Origin: a phage
DNA length: 381 nucleotides
Sequence record: OP360899.1
Reading direction: 5' to 3' (one strand)
Position 1 is the first letter of the stretch. Each line of letters starts with the position of its first letter. Both the position numbers and the translations under genes were made by a program. The notes under the pieces are model-generated. The model was not told where the DNA came from, did not search any database, and saw only the letters and a program-made list of their open reading frames with translations. Below, piece by piece: positions 1-381 of this stretch.

Positions 1-381
1 GGTCTGCTGACTGCTGATGTGATGATTTTCGACATTGAAGACGCGATGAACCACTATGACGTGGCTGGCGAGTATTCCAACCAGCTAGGTGAGGCTCTGG
101 CCATCGCTGCCGACGGTGCGGTTTTAGCTGAAATGGCTATCCTGTGTAACCTTCCAGCTGCATCCAATGAGAACATTGCTGGCCTAGGCACCGCCTCCGT
201 ACTGGAAGTTGGTACTAAAGCTGACCTCAATACCCCGGCTAAACTGGGTGAAGCAATCATTGGTCAATTGACCATTGCTCGTGCGAAGCTGACCTCCAAC
301 TACGTTCCTGCTGGCGACCGTTACTTCTACACCACGCCTGATAACTACTCTGCAATCCTAGCGGCTCTGATGCCCAACGCC
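1..381 (+). CDS. 10A: Major capsid protein of a T7-like podovirus (gp10A homolog, HK97-fold); internal fragment, both the 5' and 3' ends lie outside the window
   Basis: Frame 1 on the + strand is open across all 127 codons. The translation aligns by eye to T7 gp10A, recalled from memory, at roughly residues 98-225, with about two-thirds of positions identical and one apparent single-residue indel. Conserved blocks: GLLTADV, DIEDAMNHYDV, SQLGE, AADGAVLAE, NENI-GLGTA, NYVPA-DR-FY and SAILAALMPNA. Leu codons are mostly CTG, as expected for a coding strand. No start or stop codon of the gene is in the window. The symbol 10A follows T7 nomenclature; the actual phage may use a different gene name. 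Confidence 0.92.

Noticed and set aside
4-17. Perfect tandem 7-bp direct repeat ctgctga ctgctga
   Set aside because: It lies inside the coding frame, encoding part of G-L-L-T-A-D, a block conserved in T7 gp10A. It is only two copies and is explained by codon choice (CTG CTG ACT GCT GAT). It is not a repeat element or a CRISPR-like feature.
51-60. ccactatgac, faintly reminiscent of the CACTATAG core of a T7 RNA polymerase promoter
   Set aside because: Only a partial 6-base resemblance. It lacks the upstream TAATACGACT portion and the GGGAGA initiation region, and it is embedded in the conserved coding block encoding N-H-Y-D. Chance match.
118-131. GGTTTTA run (gcg gtt tta gct, nt 119-126) resembling a slippery heptamer for -1 frameshifting
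   Set aside because: It does not fit the canonical X_XXY_YYZ pattern, it sits mid-gene rather than at the 3' end where the T7 10A/10B shift occurs, and a -1 shift here reads ggt ttt agc tga and terminates immediately at 129-131. It would give no functional extension.
54-260. Supplied minus-strand ORF of 68 aa (MIASPSLAGVLRSALVPTSSTEAVPRPAMFSLDAAGRLHRIAISAKTAPSAAMARASPSWLEYSPATS)
   Set aside because: It lies wholly antisense to a strongly supported capsid coding frame. Its Ala/Ser/Pro/Arg-rich, low-complexity composition is typical of a shadow ORF opposite a moderately GC-rich gene, and I recognise no similarity to any known protein. It is far more likely an artefact than an overlapping gene.
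1-381. Possibility that the window encodes a novel or undescribed system, as the task prompt suggests
   Set aside because: All 381 bases are accounted for by a single, well-characterised, conserved structural gene with a recognisable homolog in T7. There is no unexplained intergenic sequence, no repeats, and no additional plausible ORF. Claiming a novel system would not be supported by anything in the sequence.

Overview
The whole 381-bp window is an internal fragment of one protein-coding gene on the + strand (frame 1, nt 1-381, 127 codons, no stop, open at both ends). Its translation (GLLTADVMIFDIEDAMNHYDVAGEYSNQLGEALAIAADGAVLAEMAILCNLPAASNENIAGLGTASVLEVGTKADLNTPAKLGEAIIGQLTIARAKLTSNYVPAGDRYFYTTPDNYSAILAALMPNA) closely matches, from my memory of the T7 sequence, the central part of the T7-family (Autographiviridae) major capsid protein gp10A. 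Shared blocks include DIEDAMNHYDV, AADGAVLAE, NENI.GLGTA and SAILAALMPNA. The supplied minus-strand ORF (54-260) is an antisense artefact of this gene. GC is about 53% by hand count. I see no promoter, terminator, RNA gene, CRISPR repeat or mobile-element boundary. I find no evidence of a novel or undescribed system here: this is a well-known, conserved phage structural gene, and the window is too short to show any genomic context. The findings are modest.
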